This document shows, in pieces, positions 1-11,330 of a stretch of DNA of 64,000 nucleotides; within the stretch, counting starts at the first letter, position 1, and every line of letters begins with the position of its first letter. Source of the stretch: Callorhinchus milii (Eukaryota). Position numbers and translations under genes: made by a program. The notes under the pieces are model-generated. The model saw only the letters and a list, made by a program, of their open reading frames with translations. It searched no databases and was not told where the DNA came from. Location: positions 86,802,001-86,866,000 of the forward strand of contig NW_024704742.1 of NCBI RefSeq assembly GCF_018977255.1, given 5' to 3'.

Positions 1-104
1 GGGGGGGGGGGGGGGGGGGGGGCGGAGCGCGGGGTGGGCAGCCTTCTGCACATCAAAACCAATGAATGTTTAATGCACCACTAAATCGACCTCAACGCCT
101 TGAG

Positions 105-376
105 TCTCTTTGACCGAGCCTTCAGCTCCCCTCTCGACTCTCTTCCCCCTAATCGCTCCCTCCCTTCCCTCCCCTCACCCTGACCATTTCCCCCTCCTCG
201 CTCCCTCCCTTCCCTCCCCTCACCCTGACCATTTCCCCCCTCCTCGCTCCCTCCCTTCCCTCCCCTCACCCTGACCATTTCCCCCCCTGCTCGGGTCCTG
301 ACCCAACTGTGCAGCACCTTGGGACGTCCTCCTGACGTGAAAGGCGCTTTATAAATGGAATCTTGTTGTTGTTGTT
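105..376 (+). mobile_element. L2 LINE 3' end with (TTG)n tail and an internal 3x ~45-bp tandem unit
   Basis: The tail gggacgtcctcctgacgtgaaaggcgctttataaatggaatc(ttg)n is shared with longer L2 copies in the window, such as 42980-43428. Confidence 0.85.
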
Positions 377-1295
377 ATATTACTCAGTACTGTTGGATGG
401 GTTCTGAAGATCAATATGTTCTGTATTACCTTCTCACTGTGTCCCACTACTCTGCAATTATTGACCCTTCCTGCCTCAGAATTCAATGGAGCATTCAGTA
501 AACATGATACTTTTAATAAGACTCAAAAGAACAACCATTTCCAAGGAATTTACAATTATTAATGAAAATTAATCTCTCACCAGTAACAGGATGGTATTTT
601 GACTGCGTATTTTTAAAAAAAGTTAAAAATTCAAGGAGTAAACCTGCCTGATCTATGCCATTTATCTGAGAAAGTAAACTTCTTAGTCCTTCTCGTGTGC
701 AATTGAGCTGCATCCCTGGTCTGTGTTAGGTTATCTGATTTCTAGTCAATGCAGCAGCAAGTTGGGCCGGGAGTGTTACAACTGACCTAAATGGCTAAAG
801 GAAGAATTCAGCCAAAGCTCTCTATTAATTGCTGACTATCTAGTGACCCCTATTGGAAAGATCAAATGTAACTGACAAAGAAGGTCAGAGTCATGCTTGG
901 AAGGGTGGGGGAGGAAGGGTAGTGCTCCCCCTCCCAGTAGTCTCTGTCCTGGCTCACACGTGTAGCAGAGCCACTTAGATGATGTACTGGAGAACAGAAG
1001 GAGGACAGCACTTATGGAATTGAAGTCCAACACGAGTCAGCACTTACTAGAGAGGAGGGAGATAGAAGCAGGAGAGCTGACCTATTCCCAGAATGTCACC
1101 AACGCTGCTATCAAATGGTCACTGGGAAAGCCTCCCTCTCTCCTCCTCTCCTTCCACACAAGCAGAGAAGCTGAGAATCAGCTCAGCAATCCGGGCTGCC
1201 CTCTAATAACACCATCATCAGCTGTATCTAGTTCAGGCTCTTCAGACCTCTCTTTTAAGAACACCATTGCTGCATGCATTTTATTACTCTGTATT

Positions 1296-1692
1296 GGCTT
1301 GATACCAGGGAATGAGGGATTTCAGTTATGTGGAGAGACTAGAGAAGCTGGGATTGTTCTCCTTAAGGCAGAGAAGGTTAAGTGGAGAGTTAATAGAGGC
1401 GTTCAAAGCACTGAGCGGTTTTGATAGAGTAAATAAGAAGAAACTGTTTCCATTGGCAGGTGGGTCAATTATCAGAGGACACAGACTTAAGATCATTGAC
1501 AGAGAGTTGTTAAGATCTGAAATGTACTGCCTGAAAGGGTGGTGGAAGCAAATTAGATAATAACTTTAAAAAGGGAATTGGATATATATTTGGAAAGGGT
1601 GGGGAGTCAGACTAATTGGGTAGCTCTTTCAAAGAGCCAGCACAGGCACGATGGAACGAATGGCCTCCTTCTGTCCTGTAAGATTCTATGAA
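1296..1692 (+). mobile_element. CR1 LINE 3' fragment
   Basis: ORF 1312-1560 (MRDFSYVERLEKLGLFSLRQRRLSGELIEAFK) is the typical CR1 ORF2 C-terminus; the copy ends in gattctatg. Confidence 0.9.
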
Positions 1693-1762
1693 TTGTGGTC
1701 ACACTCTGCAAAGAGTAGGCTAATTGCATTGGTTCAACAAAAGCACAATTGGGAGAGCTCAC

Positions 1763-1866
1763 CTTGAGGACAATGTCACCCTCCTGTAAGTTTCCATCCT
1801 TCGCTGCCAGCCCGACATTTGTCATCTCCTTGATGAAGATCTGGCTGCCCAATCGCAGGCCATATT
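1763..1866 (-). CDS. TJP2: TJP2 (ZO-2) internal exon, N-terminal part of PDZ2
   Basis: Acceptor tcaaacag|AA TAT and donor AAG|gtgagc; 104 nt, phase 1 to 0. Translates (E)[34 protein letters not shown], closer to ZO-2 PDZ2 ([26 protein letters not shown]) than to ZO-1 or ZO-3. The gene continues off the left edge. Confidence 0.97.
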
Positions 1867-2353
1867 CTGTTTGACAGAAAATATATATACAGTTTATATT
1901 TTTGTTTAAAAAAATGGATTGGAAGGCATTTGAAGTTTCTTTGACAAGGTGAAAACTGAAAGAGAAAAAAGGGTCAAGGGCAGAATGGGAACCCAAGCTG
2001 GGAAGGCCACCCTCATCGCACGGGCATCATCTAGAATCTGGTGCAAAAATCATACCCTTGAAGCAAAAAATCTTTGGTCCTTGACCTAGATTGATGAACA
2101 TCTGTGCAATGCAGACACTGACATTCCTAGGACCTTCACGTCAAGTGTCAAGGTCACCAACTGATATGGGAATCACAGGCATTTATGTACACCCTATGTC
2201 AAAAGATCTTACAATGCTTCACAGGGTTTTCTGTAAAGTATAGTAACACTGTATTCATCAGCAAGTTTGTATAACAGCCTTCCCTAAATTGCTTTATGCA
2301 TGTATAAACACCAACAACAAATCTTACGCAACCAACAAAAAGCTTATTTTCAC

Positions 2354-2819
2354 CTTCGTTGGGTTTGTTCTTAAGGAGCATAACTTTGTATGGTTTGGGC
2401 AGCTCCTGAGTGTACGAGTACTCGGAGTGAGGAGATGGGCTCCTGGGTCTGAGTTGCTCATGGCTTCGAGCCCTCGCTGGCTCACGATAGTGGTAATGAT
2501 CGCTGTGTTCATAGCGCTTGTCCTCTTCATATATTCTACCCCGGCTCCGGTCCCTGCTGTCGCTGCGATCTCTGCTCCGTTCTCGATCGTAACTCCTGCC
2601 ACGATCTCGGTTTCTATCGTGATTTCTATCGTAGCTTCTTTCTGGGCTGTAATCTCGGCTATAGGCTTGACTTCTTGGCCCGCTGTGCCAACTCCTGTCG
2701 CTTCTCTCACTGTGCACACTCCTGCGATCATACTCATCATCATCCACCACATCAAAGACACGATTGTCAGATTCAGCTGATGGCTGGCGAACCGGGATTC
2801 TTCGACCTCTTTTCACCGT
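2354..2819 (-). CDS. TJP2: TJP2 internal exon, end of PDZ1, RS/RD-rich linker and start of PDZ2
   Basis: Acceptor gttttaaag|ACG GTG AAA AGA and donor GAA G|gtgaaa; 466 nt (155 codons +1). TVKRGRRIP...RSYDRERSRDRSDSRDRSRGR...KVMLLKNKPNE joins in frame to EYGLRLG. Confidence 0.95.
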
Positions 2820-4056
2820 CTTTAAAACAAACAAAGCACAATCACTAAAAGAAATGGAAAGTGAGCAATGCTTGGGGTTGTTAACATGGTTGGCATCAAT
2901 ACACTTTTAATGCATTGAAGAATTTACAAAAAGTGCAGAAGTGGCAGGAGACTATTTTGGGTTTTATAGTGCAGCCTTTACACTAAATGAATACTGCAAT
3001 GACCTTGTCCTCAAGGATTCATGACTCCTCTTCCCCCACCCCACCAACCCTTCAGTCAATTTCCATTATGACAGAGGACTAATTAATTGCTGCTTCTAGT
3101 TATTTGCAAAATTAACTTCTGCAGTAAGTGAATTCTCTCCCTCACTAACATCATGAAACAGTTTCAGATACAGCATCACCCAGCAAAGCTGAAACGCATG
3201 TCGATCGTCGTACGTCTTCAGCCATGGTCAAGAAAACGCCACCAATCAGGCTAAATAAGCGGCATTTATGTAGCTCCATTCATGTAAATGAATGTCTCAA
3301 CATACTTTCCACGTTGGAAACCCAAGGTCACAACCACAAACATGCAAGATTATGTAGGAGCAGCAGTTTTGTCGAGGCTGTCAATCCAATCCAGTGCAAG
3401 ACAATGTTATCTCGAGAATGTTTCAGTCTCGGAGAAGCTCTGGATCTTGATGATGCCTTTTTGAAAAATATACAGTTTTTAAAAATATATAAAAAAGGGG
3501 TCACCTATTACTTGCACTATGGCTGGCACACATATTGTGCCCCGGAAGTAAGAAATCTACAATATACTGCATTAAAAAATTACAAAAATCTGGAGTTACT
3601 CAATAGTATCTCCAGATAGTTTTAAAGCAATCTATCTTCAAATTGTAGTGCAACATACTACATGTGTTCCATCCCAAGTTATTAATTATTGTACAGTAAA
3701 ACTCACATAAGTCTGATAAATCATATAATTGCTTAAGTCGTGCACCTGCCCAAGTCCCGTTCAATAGTTTATATTGATGTAAGTTTAACATAACCCATAC
3801 TTTGCAAATATACGGTCCCAACTGATATGACTTGTGAGAATTACTGTAATTTATTTGCTAAGCTTGTACACGTAGATCATAATTATCAATGCTCCAGTGT
3901 GCAAGTTATCACAAGGCAAAATAGTACGCACTAGTCAACAGTCTGTCGTTATTAGTATAATGAAGTACAATGGCAAACACACTGTACAGGGAGGAAAATT
4001 CAAAAAGATGGAAATTGGAGACAAAGAAATACACATAAATGTCAAACATCACTTAC

Positions 4057-4159
4057 TATCTGGGCCACTTTCCCACATTTTCTTAATTGTTGCACAGCAA
4101 ATGAATGAGGCACATTTTCCATCAACATGCCATTAACGTTGATGACACGATCATTTTCT
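4057..4159 (-). CDS. TJP2: TJP2 internal exon, second half of PDZ1
   Basis: Acceptor ttcacag|A GAA and donor ATA|gtaagt; 103 nt. (Q)[34 protein letters not shown] matches the ZO-2 motif [10 protein letters not shown]. Confidence 0.97.
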
Positions 4160-4495
4160 CTGTGAATGGGAGAATCGAACAGAAAGTATGAAAAGATTGC
4201 AATGTGTAAAAGTTTTGTTGGTATACATTCATAATTAAGCAACCATAGCCCTACTAATTTTAATGACACCACAGTGTCGTTTACATTAGAAACCAATTAT
4301 TTTGTAATTCATATAATTTCACTCCCCAAACTTTATAAAAGGGCATCAAATTGAAAGAAAGAGCCACCTGTTCTTTTTGAATGGCATAGATATTCATATA
4401 GGTTGAATCATTAAATGTACATTAAATCAGTACAATCTTACCCTCTGAATGTAGAAGATACATGATTACTTCGCCAAAACTCTGCTACTCCACCC

Positions 4496-4930
4496 AACAA
4501 CAACAAATTATATTTGTATAGCATCTTTCATGTCAGGAGGATGGTCCAAGGCACTGGACAGTCAGGGATTTGGACCCGAGGAGGGGGTTGGATTCAAGAG
4601 CGGTGGAGGGCAGGGAGGGTAGAGGTAGGAGGGTGGCTGAAGGTGTGGTTGAAGAGGAGGGTCTTGAGATGTGCCTTGAAGGAGGGACTATGGGATGGAG
4701 CTCCAAAGAGTGGTGGAGAGCCTGAAGACCCGACCACCAATGATGGGCCGGGTGAGGGATGTGAAGCAGCTTGGAGCCTGCTGAGCAGAGGGAGCGGACA
4801 AGTTGATATTGTGTTAGTTGGTCACAGAGGTAGGGAGGGGCAAGGCCATGGAGGGCTTTGAAGGCTAGGATGGAAAATTTGAACTCTATCCTTGGGGGAT
4901 GGGGAGCCAGGCGAGGTTGGGGGTGATTAG
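4496..4930 (-). mobile_element. L2 LINE 3' fragment
   Basis: (CAA)n tail followed by the L2 3' stem-loop and degenerate RT C-terminal sequence; similar to the copies at 34641 and 52175. Confidence 0.8.
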
Positions 4931-5755
4931 ATCACCCAGATACTTGATGAGAGATTACAAATGAACGGAGACTGATGTCAACCACTTAAACTTTCCTGCT
5001 GTGTTTTATAGCAGTTGTTAACTTCAAGATAAGATTACAAGTATAGAATCACTCCAGAGTATCGGTTAATATTACTCATGGCTTTCGGTTCAGCGTTTGG
5101 GGTAATTGCAGAGACAGCAGTGGACAGTCAGTCATCTCAGTTGTCAACTCCCTACATAATCCACGTCACTGATGCACAATTATGTTCACACTGAAGAATT
5201 AATGATTGTCAGGACTATAAATAGATGATCAATAATTGATAACGGCACCAATTCTGAGAATAATGGCGTGATCGATTTCAAGCACAATTCTCATCTTAAT
5301 GAGAATCGATTCAGTTATAAACTCACTCTTGTGGATTCTGTCGTGCAAAACCTTGATGAGATTAATTTTGAAATCAGTTTTTCCCCCAAAAAACCCTACA
5401 GTGACATTTGAAAGAAATTATTTTAATGCTACTGTTGAAGAGATTTTGCTTTGCTGGTGGCGATCATACCACACACACACGTCATGAAAGTTGTACATGA
5501 TAATGGCCTCACTAACAGATTAACAATTCAATGTGATCATTTCAAATTTGAGTGATAATCAATTCTGGAAAAATAATAGGTCTGTGTTTATTCTGATGGA
5601 AACCTGTCACCCAGGTTGAAACGTCACCTTTTAGCATTAGAATCAGACAGATACCCGTCACTTTCAAACAATCAGTATCAGTATTTATAATATATACATT
5701 TATAATAACAGGAATCATCTTTACATTTGATATAACTCAAGTCAGGAGGATGTTT

Positions 5756-5948
5756 CAACAACAACAACAAAATTTGTATTATGCCTTTCACATCGGGAGG
5801 ACGTCCCAAGGTGCTGGACAGACAGAGTTTCAAAGTGCTTTACAAGATTTACCCCCTGCTCGGGTCCTGACCCAACTGTGCAGCGCCTTGGGACGTCCTC
5901 CTGACGTGAAAGGCGCTTTATAAATGGAATCTTGTTGTTGTTGTTGTT
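5756..5948. mobile_element. Two L2 3'-end fragments in inverted orientation
   Basis: Minus copy about 5756-5826 ((caa)n...gcctttcacatcgggaggacgtcccaaggtgctg) and plus copy about 5852-5948 (cagcgccttgggacgtcctcctgacgtgaaaggcgc...(ttg)n). Confidence 0.85.
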
Positions 5949-6009
5949 ACCTAATTCCAGAAGGTATTTGGCGCAGGTTGGCAATAGCCAAGGCTTGTGG
6001 ACTGCGGAG

Positions 6010-6225
6010 TCCAGGATGACATTAAGGATTAGTGGTTTGACCTATGAGAAGAAACTGAGGGAACTGGGCCTATTTTCACTGGAATAGTGTAGGTTAAGGG
6101 GAGACCCGAAAGAGATCCTTAAACCGTTAAGGGGTTTTGATAAGAGTCGACAGGCAAAAATTATTTCCACTGGTTGGTCAGTGAATCAGTGACTAAAGGG
6201 CATCAATTTAAGATAAATAGCAAAA
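6010..6225 (+). mobile_element. Degenerate CR1 LINE fragment
   Basis: tatgagaagaaactgagggaactgggcctattttcactggaa...aggttaaggggagac is the YEEKLRELGLFSLE-type CR1 C-terminus. Confidence 0.75.
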
Positions 6226-6599
6226 CAAGCAGCGGGTGGCTAGGGCTAGAGGGAGCTCAGCCTCCCGAAATCTACCAACAGCTCACGTCTTTAAGGGGAG
6301 TGGACAGAGGAAAGCCCTGAGGAGGACCACGACATCCTCTGAGCAGCTCCAATCCACGGCATCCACGCGGCCTCTCTTGCCCTTCCCAACTCATTGGCTG
6401 TGTCTGCTCACTTCCAGTCCAGGGGGCTACTCGTCGAGGCTTCCTCACCTCTGACTGGCCGATGGACTTGTCGGTCTAGCCAACAGCTCACCCGTCTTGG
6501 AGTGGACAGATCCTTTAACTGAGTTTTATGGGTGGGACTGTTGTTCTCATAACCACATTGCACACTGGAGGAAGAGAATAAAGCAATCCTGGTTACTTA

Positions 6600-6725
<126 letters not shown>

Positions 6726-7665
6726 CTAGACAACATAAATAACATTAGAATCCTAAACTGAAGGAAGATCACAAACGCTAAGAATGTAATACAAGGCAAT
6801 AAAGATTTATTTATTAATTCTAATAATCACTAGAGAGAAAGAGAGAACAAACAAGCACTTCAGAACATCTTCACGTAAGTGTGCCAAATGTAACTGCTTT
6901 TCTTTGTAGATAAGCATTGAAATTATTTGGGGGAAGACCTCCCCCCCCCCCGCCTCCAATTGTCATGAGAATAATTCCTAGTTAGTCTGGAGTTATTTTT
7001 TGATTGGTGATGGCTGAAAATGTTACAATGTACCTCAGGTACTTTCCATTATTATTTCAAACATGTTCAACGACCACAATAAAGCTGGGTATTGCGAACT
7101 GGTTAGATACACCACCTGAGAATATAACCCCTTCAAAGAGAATAAACTCTTCAGCAGTTAGTAAAACACATAGTACTTAAGCACAACTGCACCAAGCTCC
7201 TTCACACATCATTTCATGGGGGAGGAAAGAGAAACACAGAGAAACAGACACACGCATACACACAAATACACCCGAGAAAGAGAGAGAAGGGATACACACA
7301 CACAAACAAACAGATAACTACAGAGAGAGAAAAGCAAATCACTGTGCAGCCTCAGGACTTCCTCTCCCCCTCCCATTTGATACTAATTTCCCTCATCCTC
7401 TCCAGGCGTCTTGAAGCTTCTAACGGAGATTCACAATTCAGGACAAAATTAAGGTCAGCTTTTTGCTATGAGGCAATGTCCTCCAAGACATGTGTTGAGT
7501 CTGCCTAAACTCATTTCACAGCCAACAGGCGGCGAAGACACTTTCATCCAATCAGCCTGGATCTGGGAGCAATATCCGATTCTTTTTTATGACGATAAAG
7601 CAAATGCGGACAATTTTTAGTTTTAAATATAAATCCTGGATAAAGAAATGGGAAGGTTATCTTAC

Positions 7666-7719
7666 TTTATGTAATGTCACCGTATACTGCTCCCACACAA
7701 GCTCCTCCATGGCTGTGGT
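7666..7719 (-). CDS. TJP2: TJP2 common second exon, containing an in-frame Met (7710-7708) that could start a short isoform
   Basis: Acceptor tttccacag|ACC and donor AAA|gtaaga; 54 nt, phase 0 to 0. TTAMEELVWEQYTVTLHK versus human ZO-2 APGMEELIWEQYTVTLQK. The internal ATG has a strong Kozak context (gccATGG). Confidence 0.96.
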
Positions 7720-8159
7720 CTGTGGAAATAAAACAGAGCATTACAGTATTAGAACTATGCAATACTGTATCTTACTTTGAGATCCTGGTGCTGAAGGCAA
7801 TCACAAGGACAGTTTTTAACTGAGAATTAATAAAACACTGGAGTAGTGATAAGAACATAAGAATTTTCTAGGCGAAAGAAGACTAAGGTCCATCTAGTAC
7901 TCCATCCTGGCAGTCGACCAGAAATGCACAGAATATACCACTGATTTGCAAAGTAGCAGGATTAGCCCACTATTTTGACTCAATATTGCCCTTTTAATAC
8001 AGTCCAGCATCTGGTTTGCCTTACTCATTGCATCTGATCTCGTGCTTCAGGTGCTAACCATGTCCCATAGTTTTTTTTATTTAGTAATCAGCACCTTGGG
8101 GTGTCCTCCTGACTTGAAAGGCATTATTATATAAATGTAAATTTGTATTGTGTTGTGAT

Positions 8160-8478
8160 AATCATCATCATATTTACCTTTGACATAGCATTACTAACAA
8201 TTGAAATGTCTCAAAACAACACAGGAAATTGATGTCTGGTGAAGTGTCTGCATTTTTAGACAAATTGCAGCAGCCAATTTGCACACAGCAATGCTCCACA
8301 AACAGCCAGGAAGTGACTGACTTTTATCTGGGGATTGTTGGGACTCTGGGATAAATTCTCTTCTCTTTTTTAATAGTGCCTCTGGATCTTTAAGGACCAG
8401 CTGAACAGGCAGACTAGATCTCAGTTTGATGTCTCATCTGTCTGACAATGCAGTGCTCCCCCAACACTGCACTGGAAC
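8160..8478 (-). mobile_element. Degenerate Deu-type SINE, tail-to-tail with an L2 3' end at about 8088-8152 (+)
   Basis: gatgtctcatctg...gacaatgcagtgctccc...cactgcactgg is the reverse complement of a Deu-domain-like core; gcagccaatttgcacacagcaa is shared with other SINE copies here. Confidence 0.6.
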
Positions 8479-8649
8479 AGTGTGTCAAACTAGCATCCAT
8501 GGGTTAGGGAGTAGGAAAATCAGCCCAGATCACTGTCGTCTGAATGTGCATAGACCATGTGAGGACAGGATCGATGCCTGTGTGATGCTCTATAAAAGGT
8601 CAAATTAACTGCAAACTCTGAACATGTAGGCTCACACCTAACAACAATT

Positions 8650-9000
8650 ACTAAGGAAGAGGCTGGATGACAAACAGCACCTGTGGAACCAGGTGAAGGG
8701 AAAGGGAGTGAAGACATATTCAAGTGTTGGTTTTGAAAGCAGAGAAGTAGGGTACAAGGCAGGGAGATTTAGGGAGAGAGTTTCAGTTGGCAGGGGAAAA
8801 GGTGCTGTAAGCTTGCCCACCAAAGGTCTAGAGAGGAAGATGAAGCAGGTCAGAGTTGTCAGAGCCAGGGGGCAGGACAGTAGATTAAGGAGATAGGGAT
8901 GGGGTAAGGCTGTGGAGGCATTTAAAGGGAAGGACAAGGATCTTAGTCGATCTTCTGGGGAATAGGCTGAGGTTGAGAGTGATCAGTTTGTGTGGGCTTG
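8650..9000 (-). mobile_element. Old L2 fragment
   Basis: Degenerate similarity to L2 RT C-terminus/3' UTR (ttttgaaagcagagaag...gggagagagtttcag...ggcatttaaagggaaggacaaggatctt). Confidence 0.55.
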
Positions 9001-10126
9001 CATTGACAGTCATGAAGGAGATGAATCGCAGGAAGACCAAAGAGGAGGGAGAAAGCATAGTAATAACATTTTTTTGTAACCAGATTTACAAAATGTTCAC
9101 AATTTCAGTCCACAAAAAAATCTCCAATGCATGCCATGTAAATCATTCTAATATTGAGAAAGAATATTTGATTTAGATCAACTGATTCAATGACAACCTT
9201 CAGTAATACTGTAGTGATGAAGTCTCATCTCATGCATTAATCCTTCTTGCAAGTAGATAAGGTTTTCTAAAGGTTACATTAATATCAAAAGACAATCCCT
9301 GCATAATGTAAGATTGAACAAGTTTTTCCTTGTCAGATGGAGGTCAGTGCTGTCTTCGAGTCAAGCTCACTCAGGTGGAAAACACCGAATGTTCAGTCAG
9401 TTTCTTTAATGCTCAGAAAACTACAACGAATGCTAGTTTGAGTTCTTCCAAAGGTTACCACGGTATTCAAAGGCACATGCACACCAGGTTTTAACCCTAC
9501 TCCTTTCTCCCCTTCACTACTTCATTACCACCATCACCACTCTCCTGAAATCTAGAGAGTGACTTTAAAGAACATCTTAAAATTTTATTTTGAGAAGATT
9601 TTTTAAAGAAGAAATTGGCTGCTGCATTTTGCCCACAAATACTTCCATAGTCAATCCACTATAAATCCTGCAAAGTGCTTGGGACACGTCTTAACAACCT
9701 GATCATGCGCAATATCAAATGCAAGGTTTCTTACTATTAAGAGTTTTATTGCTCAGCTGGGCAGATAGGTTCAAGAAGGAATTGAATAATTATTTGATGG
9801 GAATGGAGTAGGGAGGTAGATAAGGAGACAGTGTTTGACAATAAGTTGACAAAAAAACACTACACTTCGCAGTAAATCCTGTAAGGGACTTTGGGATATC
9901 CACCCCACAAGAAAAGCACTAGACCAAATGTAAGGATTATTATTAATTATTGCTATTATTGTTGATAAGATGCTCAACTCTTGTTGACAAAAAGTTAGAA
10001 CTGAGTTCTCTCCCCGCCCCCACCCTCTCCACTTAAAGATCAAATAAATGTATTTTGGGTCATCCTTTCAATCTAACAACGGAGCATATGGAACACTCCA
10101 TGTTTCCTCATCCTGTGACCCCAGAT

Positions 10127-10483
10127 TAATAATAATCCTTGCATTTGATATAGTGCCTTATCATATCGTTGAGACATCTCAAAGTGCTTCACAAAATATA
10201 CTGTAAAGTGAAATGTATATTTTGCGGAATGGACGAAATACGGCAGGTAATTGCACACAGCAGTGTCCCACAAACAGTGGTGGATTGAGTGTCCAAATAT
10301 TTTAGGGGTTATTACCCCAGAAAGCGATCCGCCAATTGACTAACAACTAGGTTCCTACTCACTGCTAAGTAAACAGAGGCATCTAGAGTAAGGAAACTTG
10401 ACAAACATTTCACCCTGCTTGGAAATCAAATCCGGGTTCTCACTTGCGAGGCAAGTGCTCTAACCAATACACTACAGGACTCC
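10127..10483 (-). mobile_element. Full-length tRNA-derived SINE, long subtype
   Basis: The minus strand begins GGAGTCCTGTAG with tRNA-like A/B boxes, has the central gcctctgtttacttagcagtgagtaggaacc block, and ends in an L2-like tail with (ATT)n. Confidence 0.9.
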
Positions 10484-10849
10484 ACATTTGCACTACAGGC
10501 TGGCTCTTACAGCATGTTTAGATGACAGTAGCTCTGCCACCAGTGATAACAATCTTTGGAAGCACAGGTCAGGAATGCAAAGAGACTGCCATAATCAGAG
10601 GTTGGCGAGTGCTGAAGGCAGTAAACTAAAAGAAGTGTCTCAAGTGGTATGTCGCCGTTTTTGGGGAGGGAGACAGGACAACGACGTCTCAACTCTGTCC
10701 ACCAATGCAGCTTTATTTGTGGTCTGTACAGACCTACCTCAAAAATTCACCTCACAGAAAATGAAGTTGTGATTCACAACGTGTAAACGCACTGCACATG
10801 GATGAGTTCGCAACACAAGGCATTTCCAAATTGCTGTCGCACGCAAGCT

Positions 10850-11330
10850 TCCAAACACCTTGCCTTGCTCCGTGGAACTCTCTCCCTAAATATCTCTGCC
10901 TAGCATCCCCCACTCCATACGCCCACAACTGTTGGGTGGGCTTTCACCACTCGGCTTCTGCTCTCTGAAACTCTAATCCTGGATCCTTCCAACTTGCTCC
11001 CTCCTTCCCTTCTTTCAAAGTACGTCTCATTGACTCAATGTCTGTGCTTTTGGTTATCAGTTCCCTCCTCAGCTCTGGTGCCCAGCAAGAATCCTCAAAT
11101 GCTTTGGGACATCCTCCCCACGCAAAAGGTGCTATACAAGTCTATATGGTATTGTATCGTATCCACCCTCTCAGCTTTACCAACTTTTGTAAAACCTACC
11201 TAATTGACTGCACCTTCAGTCACTTCCCACATAACTCCGCACCCCACCTTACACCCTCCTCGTCTCTCTCTGGTCAATCCTGCAAAATCTTTTCTTCTGT
11301 GAAAAGTGTTATACGAGTGCATGTTGTTGG
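10850..11330 (+). mobile_element. Cluster of degenerate L2 3' fragments
   Basis: tggaactctctccct and gctttgggacatcctccccacgcaaaaggtgctatacaa-type motifs. Confidence 0.55.

Noticed and set aside
1..40. Poly-G/G-rich start of the window
   Set aside because: A truncated low-complexity run that cannot be interpreted at the window edge.
1607..1996. ORF-track starts and ends for the TJP2-containing ORFs (also 2199-2834 and 4042-4296)
   Set aside because: Only the parts bounded by splice sites are coding; the flanks are intron read-through.
2289..2780. 163-aa hydrophobic plus-strand ORF resembling a membrane protein
   Set aside because: It is the antisense shadow of the Arg/Asp/Ser-rich TJP2 exon, with no independent gene signals.
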